This document shows, one piece after another, positions 19,115 through 29,678 of a stretch of DNA of 64,000 nt (position 1 is the first letter of the stretch; the number at the start of each line of letters is the position of its first letter). The stretch covers positions 704,001 to 768,000 of the forward strand of contig CAVTLK010000001.1 of the NCBI GenBank assembly GCA_963735595.1. The letters are read 5' to 3'. The notes beneath the pieces were generated by a model. The model ran no database searches. It saw nothing but the letters and a program-made list of their open reading frames with translations, and was not told the DNA's origin. The translations under genes were made by a program, and so were the position numbers. The stretch comes from an uncultured delta proteobacterium. GTDB lineage: Bacteria; Desulfobacterota; Zymogenia; Zymogenales; Zymogenaceae.

Positions 19115-20626
19115 GTGGAACGGCCCGAGATAATCAAAATACTCGTTGAGTCTCTTCACTGCCCCGATCATGATGAGCGGCGCGTTGCGCGCGAGTTTCT
19201 TCGCGAAATCCTCACCCGGCGCGGCGAGCCGCTCACCAACCGATCACGCGCCGCTCTGCACCTCGCGCTCCATCAAACCAGGCAGTTCGGGATTCGCGCC
19301 GCCGGATTGATATCACAAGATGCCTCCTCCGTCGCCCCGTTGTTCCAAAAGATCCGGCTCACCGCACGCCCCGCCCGTGACCGTATTCGCGAAGGATTCC
19401 AGTCGGTCGGCGGTATTGTTCCACTTACATTGATCGCCGCGGCAACGGGGTATTTCAGCGCGCGTGACGCCTTTGCCTTCCGGGTTACCGGGGCAATGAA
19501 CGGGATCAGCGCCGCCCGAACCTTCGTTGTCGATATCGTCGCGGGGCTCCTGGCCTTCGGTATTACCGGGACGGTGAACGTGGCCGCCGGTGCCGTCAGC
19601 TTCGTTGTCGATACCGTTGCGGGCGCCCTGGCGGTAGTCTATGCAGTCCGCGCCGGAATCGTTGACACTGCTATCGCCGCCTTCACCGTCCTCATCGAAG
19701 CCGTCCAATCCGCGCATACCGGCGCCGTCGGCGCCGTTACCGCGGTCATCGCGGCAACCCGAAACAGTATCGAAACGGCCTGCTCCGCCGCATCCGGATT
19801 CGTTGTGCGCTCAGTCACCCGCTCCCGAGACACCGTCCGCATGTGGAAAAGGCACACCGCCGACCGCATCGCGCGAGCGCGGGCCGCCGTCACGTACCGA
19901 TATATCGCTACGCGCAACGCCGTCCTTACAATTGTTGCCCGAATTGTTGACCGCGTCGTTGTTTCGTACCGCCGCATCCGCCACATATACGCCGAAATAA
20001 GAAGACACGCCGTTCGCCAGGTGCTTCCCCAGCCCGCCACTCCGTTTATCGTTGCGGGTCTTGTGTGTCTTGTCCTCTTCGTCTTCGGGATTAACTCATA
20101 CTTCGTTATCAGCGACGTGAACCGGAAGGGGATATTTATGGATTTGAGCCGATACGAGTGGGGGGATGAAGCCCTCGCTTCGATACTGATCGGCGAAGGA
20201 TACGATATCTACCTCAACGAGAAGATCACCGAAAAGAGGATCAAGGAGCTCCTGGAATCGGGTCACTATTACGAGCGGGTCATCCGGGTCACCGGCTATT
20301 ACTCTCCGCTGCCGGACCAGGCGAAATTCGCTACCGGCAGTTACCGCGGAGACATCATCCTGAACGGCCGCGGTATTATGGGCAGCGATACGACACCCGT
20401 CTATATCGGCATGGCGGCCGGCCCCCCCCACATGGAATTCGGCACGAACGTTATTATCGAAGACCTCGGCAAGTTCAACCTCCCGAAGATCTACACGATT
20501 CACGACCGGGGCGGGGCTATCAAGGGAAACCGACTCGATATCTGGGTCGGCAAGGGCGAACAGGCCATGAAGAAGGCCTACGAGATCACCGGGTATTATA
20601 AGGTGATCGTGGTGGGCGATAAGTAA
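19115..20626 (+). CDS. Membrane-anchored 3D (MltA-like) domain protein with long Ala/Val-rich N-terminal region
   Basis: C-terminal VTGYYSP, MAAGP..FGT and IHDRGGAIKGNRLDIWVG; TM helix before the domain; terminator at 20651-20678. Confidence 0.8.
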   Translation: MERPEIIKILVESLHCPDHDERRVAREFLREILTRRGEPLTNRSRAALHLALHQTRQFGIRAAGLISQDASSVAPLFQKIRLTARPARDRIREGFQSVGGIVPLTLIAAATGYFSARDAFAFRVTGAMNGISAARTFVVDIVAGLLAFGITGTVNVAAGAVSFVVDTVAGALAVVYAVRAGIVDTAIAAFTVLIEAVQSAHTGAVGAVTAVIAATRNSIETACSAASGFVVRSVTRSRDTVRMWKRHTADRIARARAAVTYRYIATRNAVLTIVARIVDRVVVSYRRIRHIYAEIRRHAVRQVLPQPATPFIVAGLVCLVLFVFGINSYFVISDVNRKGIFMDLSRYEWGDEALASILIGEGYDIYLNEKITEKRIKELLESGHYYERVIRVTGYYSPLPDQAKFATGSYRGDIILNGRGIMGSDTTPVYIGMAAGPPHMEFGTNVIIEDLGKFNLPKIYTIHDRGGAIKGNRLDIWVGKGEQAMKKAYEITGYYKVIVVGDK

Positions 20627-20692
20627 AATCCGCAGAGATCTGATCGAACGAAAACGGGCGCCCCAGAGGCGCCCGTTTCATATCATATACTG

Positions 20693-21025
20693 TTACCTTC
20701 CCGACCCGATAAGACCGAGCCCCAGTACCAGAAACACCACCGCGAGGATGATAAAGATAAGCACCGTGGTAAATATCGGCAGCCCCGCGGTAATCGCCGT
20801 AGTCCAGAGCACGATTTTAAGCACCCGCTTCGTTGCCGCCTCGGAAAGCGGCACTTTTGTCGTGCCGGCTTCCACCAAAGCCCCGCCGGGTTGCGTATTA
20901 AGAACCAGGACGGTGCTCCTGCAATGCTCACAGAAGGCCTTGTCGGCCCCCTCGGGCACCCGCAGCGCCCCTCCGCAGTTCGGGCACTTGAGCGCGATAA
21001 TACGTACGTCTTTATCTTCGGCCAT
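20693..21025 (-). CDS. Zn-ribbon membrane protein
   Basis: CPNCG..CEHC plus C-terminal TM hairpin. Confidence 0.75.
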   Translation of the reverse strand: MAEDKDVRIIALKCPNCGGALRVPEGADKAFCEHCRSTVLVLNTQPGGALVEAGTTKVPLSEAATKRVLKIVLWTTAITAGLPIFTTVLIFIILAVVFLVLGLGLIGSGR

Positions 21026-21080
21026 CGTCTGCTCGCGGTATCGGTCGTTGCGGTATTCCGGAGGGGTCCCTCCCGGTGTT

Positions 21081-21305
21081 TTACAGGCCCAGTATGGCCA
21101 GTAAGATTAACGAACCATGCACCAACGCGAAGGTAATCGTGACATATGCCATGCGGATGTGCCATTTCATGGAGAGGAACCTTATCCTGCGCTTGTTGAG
21201 AGTTGAGATGGTGGCGGTAAACAGCAGGCAGAGCAATGCAATGATTCCCAGATAGAGCGCGAGTGGCAGCCCGAAGATCGGAAAGCCTGCGATTGCTGAA
21301 AACAT
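21081..21305 (-). CDS. Small 2-TM protein with conserved-looking His residues
   Basis: AAGGAG RBS; KWHIRMAY..LVHG. Confidence 0.7.
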   Translation of the reverse strand: MFSAIAGFPIFGLPLALYLGIIALLCLLFTATISTLNKRRIRFLSMKWHIRMAYVTITFALVHGSLILLAILGL

Positions 21306-21469
21306 GGCGGCTCCTTATAATAAGTATAAATATGTAAAAAGGATACTACGGATCAGCGGCCCTGTCAATCCGTATATGCCCCCTCGATTCCACAAAAAAA
21401 GGGGGAGCAGTTTGCTCCCCCTGGGTACCCCTTTCAAATGCGGGGCGAGTTACTATTGACTCGTTTTGC

Positions 21470-22670
21470 TTACAGCCCTACGATGGATACCGAGCAAACG
21501 CTCATTGCCGGGAAACCACCGAGGTTATGCGTAAGCCCGAACTTCGGGTTCTTGATCTGGCGTTCGCCCGCCCTGCCGAGCAGCTGATTGTACATCTCGT
21601 AGAGCATGCGGATGCCGGAGGCGCCGATCGGGTGGCCGAAGCACTTGAGCCCGCCGTCCGGCTGACACGGGAGAGGCCCCTTGAGATCGTAGAATCCCGC
21701 GCTGATATCCTCGATGGACTTGCCGCGCGGCGATATCTGAAGATCCTCGTAGGTAGCCAGCTCCGTGATGGAGAAGCAGTCGTGCACCTCCATCATGCTG
21801 ATCTCATCGCGGGGTTTCTTGATTCCCGCCTCCGCGTAGGCCTTCTGCCCCGCGCGGAAGGTTGTCTCGACGTGTGCGCCGTCCCAGCTGTCGTACCACA
21901 TTTCCTCGCCTGAGGTCACCGCGATCTGCAGCGCCTTGACGAAAACGGGGTTTGTCTTGCCGAGCTTTTTGGCGATCTCGGGGGTGGCAACGATAGCGGC
22001 GGCCGATCCGTCCGAAACGCCGCAGCAGTCAAACAGGCCCAGCGGCCATGCAATGATCGGGGCGGCCATGATCTGATCCACGGTGACGGCCTTGCGCAGG
22101 TGGGCCTTCGGGTTGAGGGCGCCGTTTGCATGGCTCTTCGCGGAGATCTTGGCAAGGCCCATCTTCAGCTCTTCCGGCTTGACGCCGTACTTGGACATAT
22201 AGCCGGTAGCCATGAGGGCAAACGATCCCGGAGCCGTGGCGTTGGGCATGAAGAGCCGGTTGAAGGTGCCCATCGCGGTCCCGAAGTCCGGCAGGCCGCC
22301 GTACCCGGTGTCCTTTAGTTTCTCGGCGCCCTGCGCCAGCGCGATATCGCACGCGCCGGAGGCAACGGCGTAGACGGCGCCGCGGAAGGCCTCGGTGCCG
22401 CTGGCGCAGAAGTTCTCGACGCGGGTCGCGCCGATATAGGGGAGCTTAAGGGTCATCGGCAGCGCCAGGGCGCTCTTGCCGACGTTGACTTCGTCAAAGC
22501 AGGAGCCGAACCACGAGGCGTCGATTTCTTTCTTATCGATCCCCGCATCGGCCAACGCCTCGACTAAAGGCCTCAACCATCAGGTCCTCGGCGGACATGT
22601 CCCAGCGCTCGCCGAACCTGGTGCAGCCCATACCGATGATAGCGACTTTATCTCTGATCCCACTTGGCAT
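21470..22670 (-). CDS. Acetyl-CoA acetyltransferase (SCP2-type thiolase), one frameshift near 22566
   Basis: The N-terminus MPSGIRDKVAIIGMGCTRFGERWD read from ATG 22670 joins the ORF carrying VENFCASG, EVHDCFS and KCFGHPIGASG. Confidence 0.9.
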
Positions 22671-22703
22671 CGTTTTTCTCCTTATAGTGAGGGTTCTCTG
22701 TTA

Positions 22704-24154
22704 TTACTTGACGGGTATGACTTTCCAGAAGTAGCCGTGAATGCCCCGCTTGTCATCATAATATTTTCTCCGGAAGGTGAGCTTCGCCTTCTGTCCCACG
22801 GAGATATCCTCCAGCTTGCAGTCGGTGAAGTCGGTCCAGAGCCGTCCCCCTCCCTTGAACCTGACTATACCGTAGACCTGGGGCGGATCGTAACAGAAAG
22901 AGAGCATGTCGCCGGTGTAGGAGAAAATCGTCGCCTCCTTATCGGAGAACCGATAGTCCACCATCTGGTCAATGGCGCCGCAGTCGGGATTTACGCACAC
23001 CCGCTGGGGCGGGAACTGGGGCGTCTTGCACTTGGTGCACTCGGTTCCGACCAACGAGAGCACGGCTTTACGCTTGCGCCACAGGGTCGAAAAGGCGGTA
23101 AACGCGCTGTCCTCGCCGCGGATACCCAGTTCCATGGGGATAATGTTGCGGAAGACCGCGTACTTCTCGTAGGGCGCCAGCTCCGCCTTGTTGGCGAGCG
23201 ACGCCTTGATGCCGCCGATGCCCGAAAGCTTCGTGATCTTGTCGGTCACTTCGAACAGGAGCGCGTCGCACCCCGTCCCGAAGCTTGCCATGACGATCTT
23301 GTCGCCGGGCTTGGCGTTCTGCAGGGCCGAAACCATCATAACGAGCGGATGGGCGGCGCCGGTGTCTCCGACGGTGGCGTGCATGTTGTCGTGAATCGCC
23401 TCGGGCTTGAAGCCGAGCTTCGTCCCGATGGTCTTGTGATCCCTTCCAAAGTAGCAGGGATAGACCACGTGGGCCACGTCCTCGGCCTTGACGCCGGTCT
23501 TCTTGAGGAGCCCGCCGATCGCCTCGGGGATGAACTTGGTGTACCCCTCGTCGCGGATCCAGCGCTCTTCCCACGTCCGGTCAAACGGCTTGCCGTCGCC
23601 CCGAAAGTGGTCAACGAAGTCGTACGAAACCGAGAACGATCCCTTGAACTCCGCAACGACGTTGTCTTTGCCGAGAACCAGGCATCCGGCCCCGTCACCG
23701 TAGAACTGCTCGACCATGCTGCCCATCTTGCCGATACGGAAATCAGCAGCCGTCACCATGATGTTTCCCGACCTCGCCGGCCTTGACCGCGTCAACGGCC
23801 GCTAGTCACCGCGGTTGTCCCGCTTTTGACCGATTCGGCGAAGTCCGCGACGCGTATGTCCGTCCTGAGATCCATGGCGGCGGCCGCAATCGCCGCGCAG
23901 GAGCTCTCTTTATACGGAAGCGTCGTAGAGGCGAGGTACACGCCGTCGACCTTTGAGCGATCGATGGCCGACAGCGCGTCGAGGCCCGCGGCCACCGCCA
24001 TCGTGAGGCTGTCCTCGTCGTAGTTGGCTACTGCTTTTTCACCCTGAGCGACGGCTATGGTCACCGGATTGAACCATCCCATCGCACCGAATATGTTAAA
24101 GCGATTGAGCCGGTACCGCGGGATGTACCCCCCAAATGATGTAATGCCTACCAT
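22704..24154 (-). CDS. HMG-CoA-synthase-like protein fused to DUF35 Zn-ribbon/OB fold, frameshifts near 23770-23805
   Basis: GITSFGGYIPRYRL, DEDSLTMAV, GDGAG, VGDTGAA, then CTKC..C..C and OB fold. Confidence 0.85.
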
Positions 24155-24462
24155 TTTAGCAATCTCCTCTTAATAAGTTGAACGCATATGTCAGGATCTT
24201 GAGTCGTACTTCTTCGACTGTGTCTGCCTTCAAGGGCCAAGATCGAGTTATTCCACGTAGATCTCCGTTACGATTCAAACCGACCCTTACTCACCGTCGA
24301 CTTCGCCCTGTTGAGCCATCCTCGGCAACATCATGCGGTGCATTTCGCACCGGCGCCCGAAGTTGTACAAAATACTGAATGACTCTCGACATTTTTTTAT
24401 TATAAAAAGGTTTTTTTGTCAAGCATTTTTACGAATTTAGTTTTGCCAATGATATTTATCAC

Positions 24463-24492
24463 TTGACAAACGGACAAACGACTCACTATAAT
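24463..24492 (+). promoter_or_regulatory. Sigma70 promoter of the TetR/MaoC/SDR operon
   Basis: TTGACA-18 bp-TATAAT. Confidence 0.65.
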
Positions 24493-24541
24493 TGAGCCGT
24501 GCTCGGCAAGGAGACTTAGATTTTCTTATCAAGGCGTAATA

Positions 24542-25257
24542 ATGCCCGATAATACAAAGAAAATGAATGATGTTCAGAAGAACCTCTCACGCGTCGCCAA
24601 GGGGCTGAGGGCCAATCGGGACCCCGCCGACAAGCGGGAGCGGATTATCGCCGCCGCCGAGCGTATCTTCGCCCAAAAAGGATACTTCGAGACCACCGTC
24701 GCCGAGATCGCCCGTGACGCCCAGGTCGCCGAGGGAACCATCTACGAGTATTTCGCCAACAAGAAAGGACCTGTCTGTACGCCGTCCCGGAAAACTACCT
24801 GGCGGACTACGCCACCTTCGTGCTGGACCATCTGCAGGGCATCAAGGGGGCCCTCAATAAGCTCAGAAAGATTATCTGGTGTCACCTCTCATACTTTCGC
24901 AACCACAAGGATTTCACCAAGATTATGACCCTGGAGATCCGTATCGATCCGGATTACTACCGCAGCAAAACCTACGAAAACCTCAAGCTCTATTCCGACC
25001 TTATCATACAGATAATCACGGAAGGTATCAGGGACGGGGAGATCGGCCCCCAGGTTAATCCTCATATCATCAGGGACATGATCCTGGGCACGATCGAGCA
25101 CGTCTCGATCCCCTGGCTCGTTTTCGACCGCGAAATACCCATCGATAACGTCGTTGAGGACGTCTCCGCAGCTATCTTCATGGGGCTGGCGCCCAGGGAG
25201 AAGGTACTCAAGGTAAACCTCAACGGGTTACTCTCGGGCATCGACGGTAAGGAATAA
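24542..25257 (+). CDS. TetR family regulator (frameshifted near 24770)
   Basis: HTH (FAQKGYFETTVAEIARDAQVAEGTIYEYFANK) continues in another frame as KDLLYAVPENYL.. Confidence 0.88.
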
Positions 25258-25295
25258 TAGAGGGTATATACCGACTTTTTTAACAGGAGGCCCTT

Positions 25296-25771
25296 ATGGC
25301 AGACAAATCGAAACTGGGGACGGAGTTTCCCCGCCTTCACCTATGAGGTGGAGAAGGGAAAGATCGCCGAGTTTGTCATGGCGATCTCGCAGAAGGAGAG
25401 CAAGGATCAGATCGACCAGATCTACGCAAGCAAAGATGTGGCCACGAAGGAAGGGTATGACGACATCGTCATATCTCCCACCTTCCAGACCTGCTTCGCA
25501 CTCTGGGGCGGCGGCGGTCTGATGCCGATGATCACCGGCCTGGGTATCAACCTCGGCAGGCTGTTGCACGGCGAGGAGGAGTACGAATACCTCAAGCCCA
25601 TCCATCCCGGCGATGTCATCACCTGCAAGACCAAGGTGGTTGACATGTACGAAAAGGAAAAGAAGAATAAGCCAGGCAGCTTCATGGAATTCACGGTTCT
25701 TGAGACGGAAATGAAAAACCAGAAGGGCGAGGTGGTTATCAAAGGCCGCTCGACCCTGGTCGGAACGGTAG
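25296..25771 (+). CDS. MaoC-like dehydratase, N-terminal-type subunit (frameshifts near 25331 and 25763)
   Basis: AGGAGG RBS, MADKSKLGTEF, EVEKGKIAEF, PTF and LLHGEEEYEYLKPIHPGD. Confidence 0.82.
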
Positions 25772-25780
25772 GAGGAAATC

Positions 25781-26236
25781 ATGACAAAGGAAGTCTACTA
25801 CAAAGACGTTAACGTCGGCACCGAAATGCCCTCCTTCACCTCTGATCCCATCACCAGGACCCACCTGGTTCGGTACGCCGGCGCTTCGGGTGATTTCAAC
25901 CCGCTGCACCACGATAATACCTTCACGGCCCTCTTCGGCCTTCCCAACGTTATCGCCCACGGAATGCTGATCATGGGGATCACCGGCCGGGCAATCACCG
26001 ACTGGATTCCGCAGAAGCATCTGAAGAAATACAAGGTACGCTTCTCCGGCATGACCGACCCGATGGACCTCAACGACGCGGCCAACACCACCAAGCGCGC
26101 CACCATCACCGTAAAGGGCAAGGTCGTCAAGAAGTGGGAGGAAGGCAAAGACAAGCTCATCGAATGCGAGATCGAATCGGCCGACGGCAACGGCACCGTC
26201 AAGCTGACCGGCTCGTTCGTGGCCGCCCTCCCGTAA
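25781..26236 (+). CDS. MaoC family (R)-hydratase subunit
   Basis: YAGASGDFNPLHHD and IAHGML motifs. Confidence 0.92.
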   Translation: MTKEVYYKDVNVGTEMPSFTSDPITRTHLVRYAGASGDFNPLHHDNTFTALFGLPNVIAHGMLIMGITGRAITDWIPQKHLKKYKVRFSGMTDPMDLNDAANTTKRATITVKGKVVKKWEEGKDKLIECEIESADGNGTVKLTGSFVAALP

Positions 26237-26316
26237 GGGAGAAAGAGCGCTGATCCCGCGTTCGCATCGTATTTCGCTATCATCGAAACCGTATATCTTA
26301 TTAAAAGGAGCTGAAC

Positions 26317-27228
26317 ATGGCTGATATCAATTTCAAAGGCAGGGTGGCCATCGTGACGGGCGCCGGCGCCGGCCTCGGCAAGACGTATGCCCTGGAGCTG
26401 GCCAAGCGCGGCTGTAAGGTCGTGGTCAACGACCTGGGCGGCGCCCGGGACGGCTCGGGCGCGAGCCAGGGCCCGGCGCAGGACGTCGTCGACGAGATCA
26501 AGAAGGCGGGCGGAGAAGCGGCCCCCAATTACGACAACGTCGCCACCATCGAGGGCGGCCAGGGCATCGTTAAGACGGCCGTCGACGCGTTCGGCAAGGT
26601 CGACATCGTCATCAACAACGCGGGCATCCTGCGCGACAAGAGCTTCCTCAAGATGGAGCCCGAGATCTGGGATCTGGTTATTGCCGTTCACCTGCGCGGC
26701 GCCTACTGCGTCACGCAGCCGGCGTTTGCCATTATGAAAGAGCAGAACTACGGCCGCGTGGTGCTGACCACCTCCGGCGCAGGGCTCTACGGCAACTTCG
26801 GCCAGACCAACTACGCCGCCGCCAAGATGGGCCTCATCGGCCTGATGAACGCCCTTAAGATCGAGGGCGCCAAGTACAACGTCAAGATCAATACGATCGC
26901 CCCGGTCGCGGCTTCCCGCCTCACCGAGGACGTTATGCCCCCCGAGTTCTTCGCCAAACTGAAACCCGAATTCATCACCCCGCTGGTTGCCTACCTCGCC
27001 TCCGAGGAGAACCAGGATTCCGGTTATATCTTCAACTGCGGGATGGGCTGGTACAGCCGGTCGGCAATCGTCATGGGCAACGGCGCCCTTATCGGCGACG
27101 GTAACCGCGACATCAATGCCGAAGAGATCAGGGACGCCTGGAAAAAGATCACGGATCTTTCCGGCGCCAAAGAGGTTGGAAGCGTTCAGGAGACGTTCGG
27201 AGCAATGCTTCCGCTCATCCAGAAATAA
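26317..27228 (+). CDS. SDR oxidoreductase, MFE-2-type (R)-3-hydroxyacyl-CoA dehydrogenase-like
   Basis: TGAGAGLG, VVNDLGG, NNAGILRD and GNFGQTNYAAAK. Confidence 0.93.
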   Translation: MADINFKGRVAIVTGAGAGLGKTYALELAKRGCKVVVNDLGGARDGSGASQGPAQDVVDEIKKAGGEAAPNYDNVATIEGGQGIVKTAVDAFGKVDIVINNAGILRDKSFLKMEPEIWDLVIAVHLRGAYCVTQPAFAIMKEQNYGRVVLTTSGAGLYGNFGQTNYAAAKMGLIGLMNALKIEGAKYNVKINTIAPVAASRLTEDVMPPEFFAKLKPEFITPLVAYLASEENQDSGYIFNCGMGWYSRSAIVMGNGALIGDGNRDINAEEIRDAWKKITDLSGAKEVGSVQETFGAMLPLIQK

Positions 27229-27289
27229 CGTACGTTCTCTTATATGGGGCGGGGCAATGCCCCGCCCCTCTTTTCTATACTACTCTGCT

Positions 27290-27931
27290 ATGATAATCGG
27301 AATTATCGCCGACATTCACGGAAATCTTCCGGCTCTCACCGCGACCCTCGCGGAGATGCCCGAAACCGACTCCATCCTCCTGGCCGGTGATATCGCCGGC
27401 CGCGCCCATGAGCTCGTGGAGATCCTGTCCATTATCGACGAGCGGCGCATCATCTTCGTCCAGGGCAACCATGAGGAGGCGGCCGTCAACTATTTTTCGC
27501 TGTTCGGCGGGGACCATGCCCTTTCCGCGGCAATCTCCCGGATCAGACAGACACCCCACCGGCTCGAGCTGATTCTCGACGGCAAGAAGGTCCTGCTGGC
27601 ACACGGCAGCCCGGATAACCCGAAGAATGAATACATCTATCCCGAGTACACCGGCTTTTCCGCCTTTGCCGGCCTCGGCTTTGACTACATTATACTCGGC
27701 CACACCCACGTGCCGATGGTCGTTAAATCCGGTCACGTCATGATCATCAATCCCGGCTCAATCGGTGAGCCCGAGGCGCATAATCCCCGCCCAAGTTACT
27801 GCCTGTTGGATACCCGGACGGGCCGGGCCGAAATACGATATATCACGACGTACGTCGAGAAGAAGCGGCTGAAGCATATCACCCCCTTCCGCTGGAGCCG
27901 CTACACCCTCGGGGCAGCACGTCAGGCATAA
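27290..27931 (+). CDS. Metallophosphoesterase (YfcE/MJ0936 family)
   Basis: ADIHGN, AGDI, GNHE, AHGSP, GHTH and INPGSIG. Confidence 0.9.
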   Translation: MIIGIIADIHGNLPALTATLAEMPETDSILLAGDIAGRAHELVEILSIIDERRIIFVQGNHEEAAVNYFSLFGGDHALSAAISRIRQTPHRLELILDGKKVLLAHGSPDNPKNEYIYPEYTGFSAFAGLGFDYIILGHTHVPMVVKSGHVMIINPGSIGEPEAHNPRPSYCLLDTRTGRAEIRYITTYVEKKRLKHITPFRWSRYTLGAARQA

Positions 27932-27995
27932 TATGTAAATTATAAGGGAAGCAAATTCAACTACCCATGGCATACACGAGACAGGAGGAGCTATC

Positions 27996-29148
27996 ATGTC
28001 ACTTTTGGAACAAATCTACACCGAAGACCATCGCATTTTCAGGGATGCGCTCAGAAAGTACCTCGAGGCCAATGTCACCCCCCATGCCGACGAGTGGGAG
28101 AAAGCTGGCATCACGCCCAAGCAGGCCTGGAAGGATTTCGGCGCCCAGGGGTTCCTCTGTCCCTGGCTCCCGGAAGAATACGGGGGATCGGGGGTCGGCT
28201 TTGAATACGCCGTAATCATCCTCGAGGAGATTTCGAAGACCAAGCAGTCCGGCCTGGCGGTCTCGCTGCATAGCGACGTCGTCGTCCCCTACATCGCTTC
28301 GTTCGGCAACGCCGAACAGAAGTCGCGCTGGCTGCCCGGCTGCGCCAGCGGCGACATCATCTCGGCGGTCGCCATGACCGAGCCCAACGCGGGGTCGGAC
28401 CTGGCCGCCCTGAGGACGACCGCCGTCAAGGACGGCAACGACTACATCCTCAACGGCCAGAAGACCTTTATCAGCAACGGCATCAACTGCGACATCTGCG
28501 TCACCGCCGTCAAGACCGATCCCAAGGCCAACCCGCCGTACGCCGGGATCTCGCTGATCGTCGTCGAGGACGGCACGCAAGGGCTTCATCAAGGGCCAGA
28601 GGTTCGACAAGATCGGCATGAAGAGCCAGGACACCTCGGAGCTCTTCTTTGACGACTGCCGCGTGCCGAAAGAAAACCTCCTCGGAGATGAGGGCGCCGG
28701 CTTCAAGTTCCTCATGCAGAAGCTACAGCAGGAGCGGCTCGTAGCATCGTGGGGCTCCCAGGTGCTGGCCGAGATCGCGCTTGACGTGACCATCGAGTTC
28801 TGCAAGAGCCGCGAGGCCTTTGGCAGGCCGATCTCCCGCTTCCAGTACAACTCGTTCAAGCTGGCCGAGATGGCCACCGAGATCGAGCTGGGCCGGACCT
28901 TCCTCGAGGCCTTGACGCTTGACCACATCGCGGGCAAGGACGTCGTCAAAAAGACCTCGATGGCGAAGTACTGGGTCTGCGAGATGGCAAACCGGGTCGC
29001 CCAGCAGTGCCTCCAGATGCACGGGGGCTACGGCTACATGGAGGAGTACCTCATCGCCCGGCTGTTCAGGGACGTGAGGATTCACACGATTTTCGCCGGC
29101 ACCTCCGAGATCATGAAGCTCATCGTCTCCCGGATGATGGGCCTGTAG
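27996..29148 (+). CDS. Acyl-CoA dehydrogenase (frameshift near 28580)
   Basis: AMTEPNAGSD, LNGQKTFISNG, QMHGGYGYMEEY and IFAGTSEIM. Confidence 0.93.
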
Positions 29149-29185
29149 GAGACGCCGGAACGACGATCCCGATTAGAACGAACTC

Positions 29186-29212
29186 AAAGGGGGCTTTTTT
29201 GCCCCCTTTTTA
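29186..29212 (+). terminator. Intrinsic terminator
   Basis: aaagggggc-ttttt-gcccccttt followed by a T run. Confidence 0.75.
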
Positions 29213-29290
29213 TTTATCCGTATCGTTGACGGCCTTCGAGGACCGCTCGGTAACCGTTGTTCAGTGCGAACCAGACAGGTATCGTGTTCC

Positions 29291-29493
29291 TCATGCCCCC
29301 TACGTCACTTCGCGGTCATCGCGAGGGGCCGATAGGCCCCGTGGCCGATACCCCGGGGCGACGATATTGCCATTGCGAGGCTGCGACGCGGCAACCTGAC
29401 TGTCACCGGGACCTCCGGGTGAACAGCGAAGTGCCGCGCTCGATGACAGTGAGGGGATTGCCGCGTCGGGCTACGCCCTTCTCGCAATGACGG
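29291..29493. repeat. Cluster of REP-like palindromic repeats (GTCATTGCGAG family plus one GCCCCTAC end)
   Basis: Copies at about 29314, 29369 and inverted 29453-29493; the same family recurs at 50585 and 50661. Confidence 0.75.
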
Positions 29494-29578
29494 TTAAGTG
29501 GCGTATAAGAAGAACGCACGTTCCCCACACTGGCGGCCGACGAAAAGCGAACGGGGCGGCTCACGAGCCGCCCCTGCA

Positions 29579-29662
29579 GAATTAAGGGGACACCATACTT
29601 AATTCATTCTACTCCTCGATTGAACAAAGAAACCGGAATTAAGTATGGTGTCCCCTTAATTC
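29579..29662. repeat. Perfect 27-bp inverted repeat with 30-bp spacer
   Basis: gaattaaggggacaccatacttaattc ... gaattaagtatggtgtccccttaattc. Confidence 0.92.
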
Positions 29663-29678
29663 CCGTAGAACTGCCATT

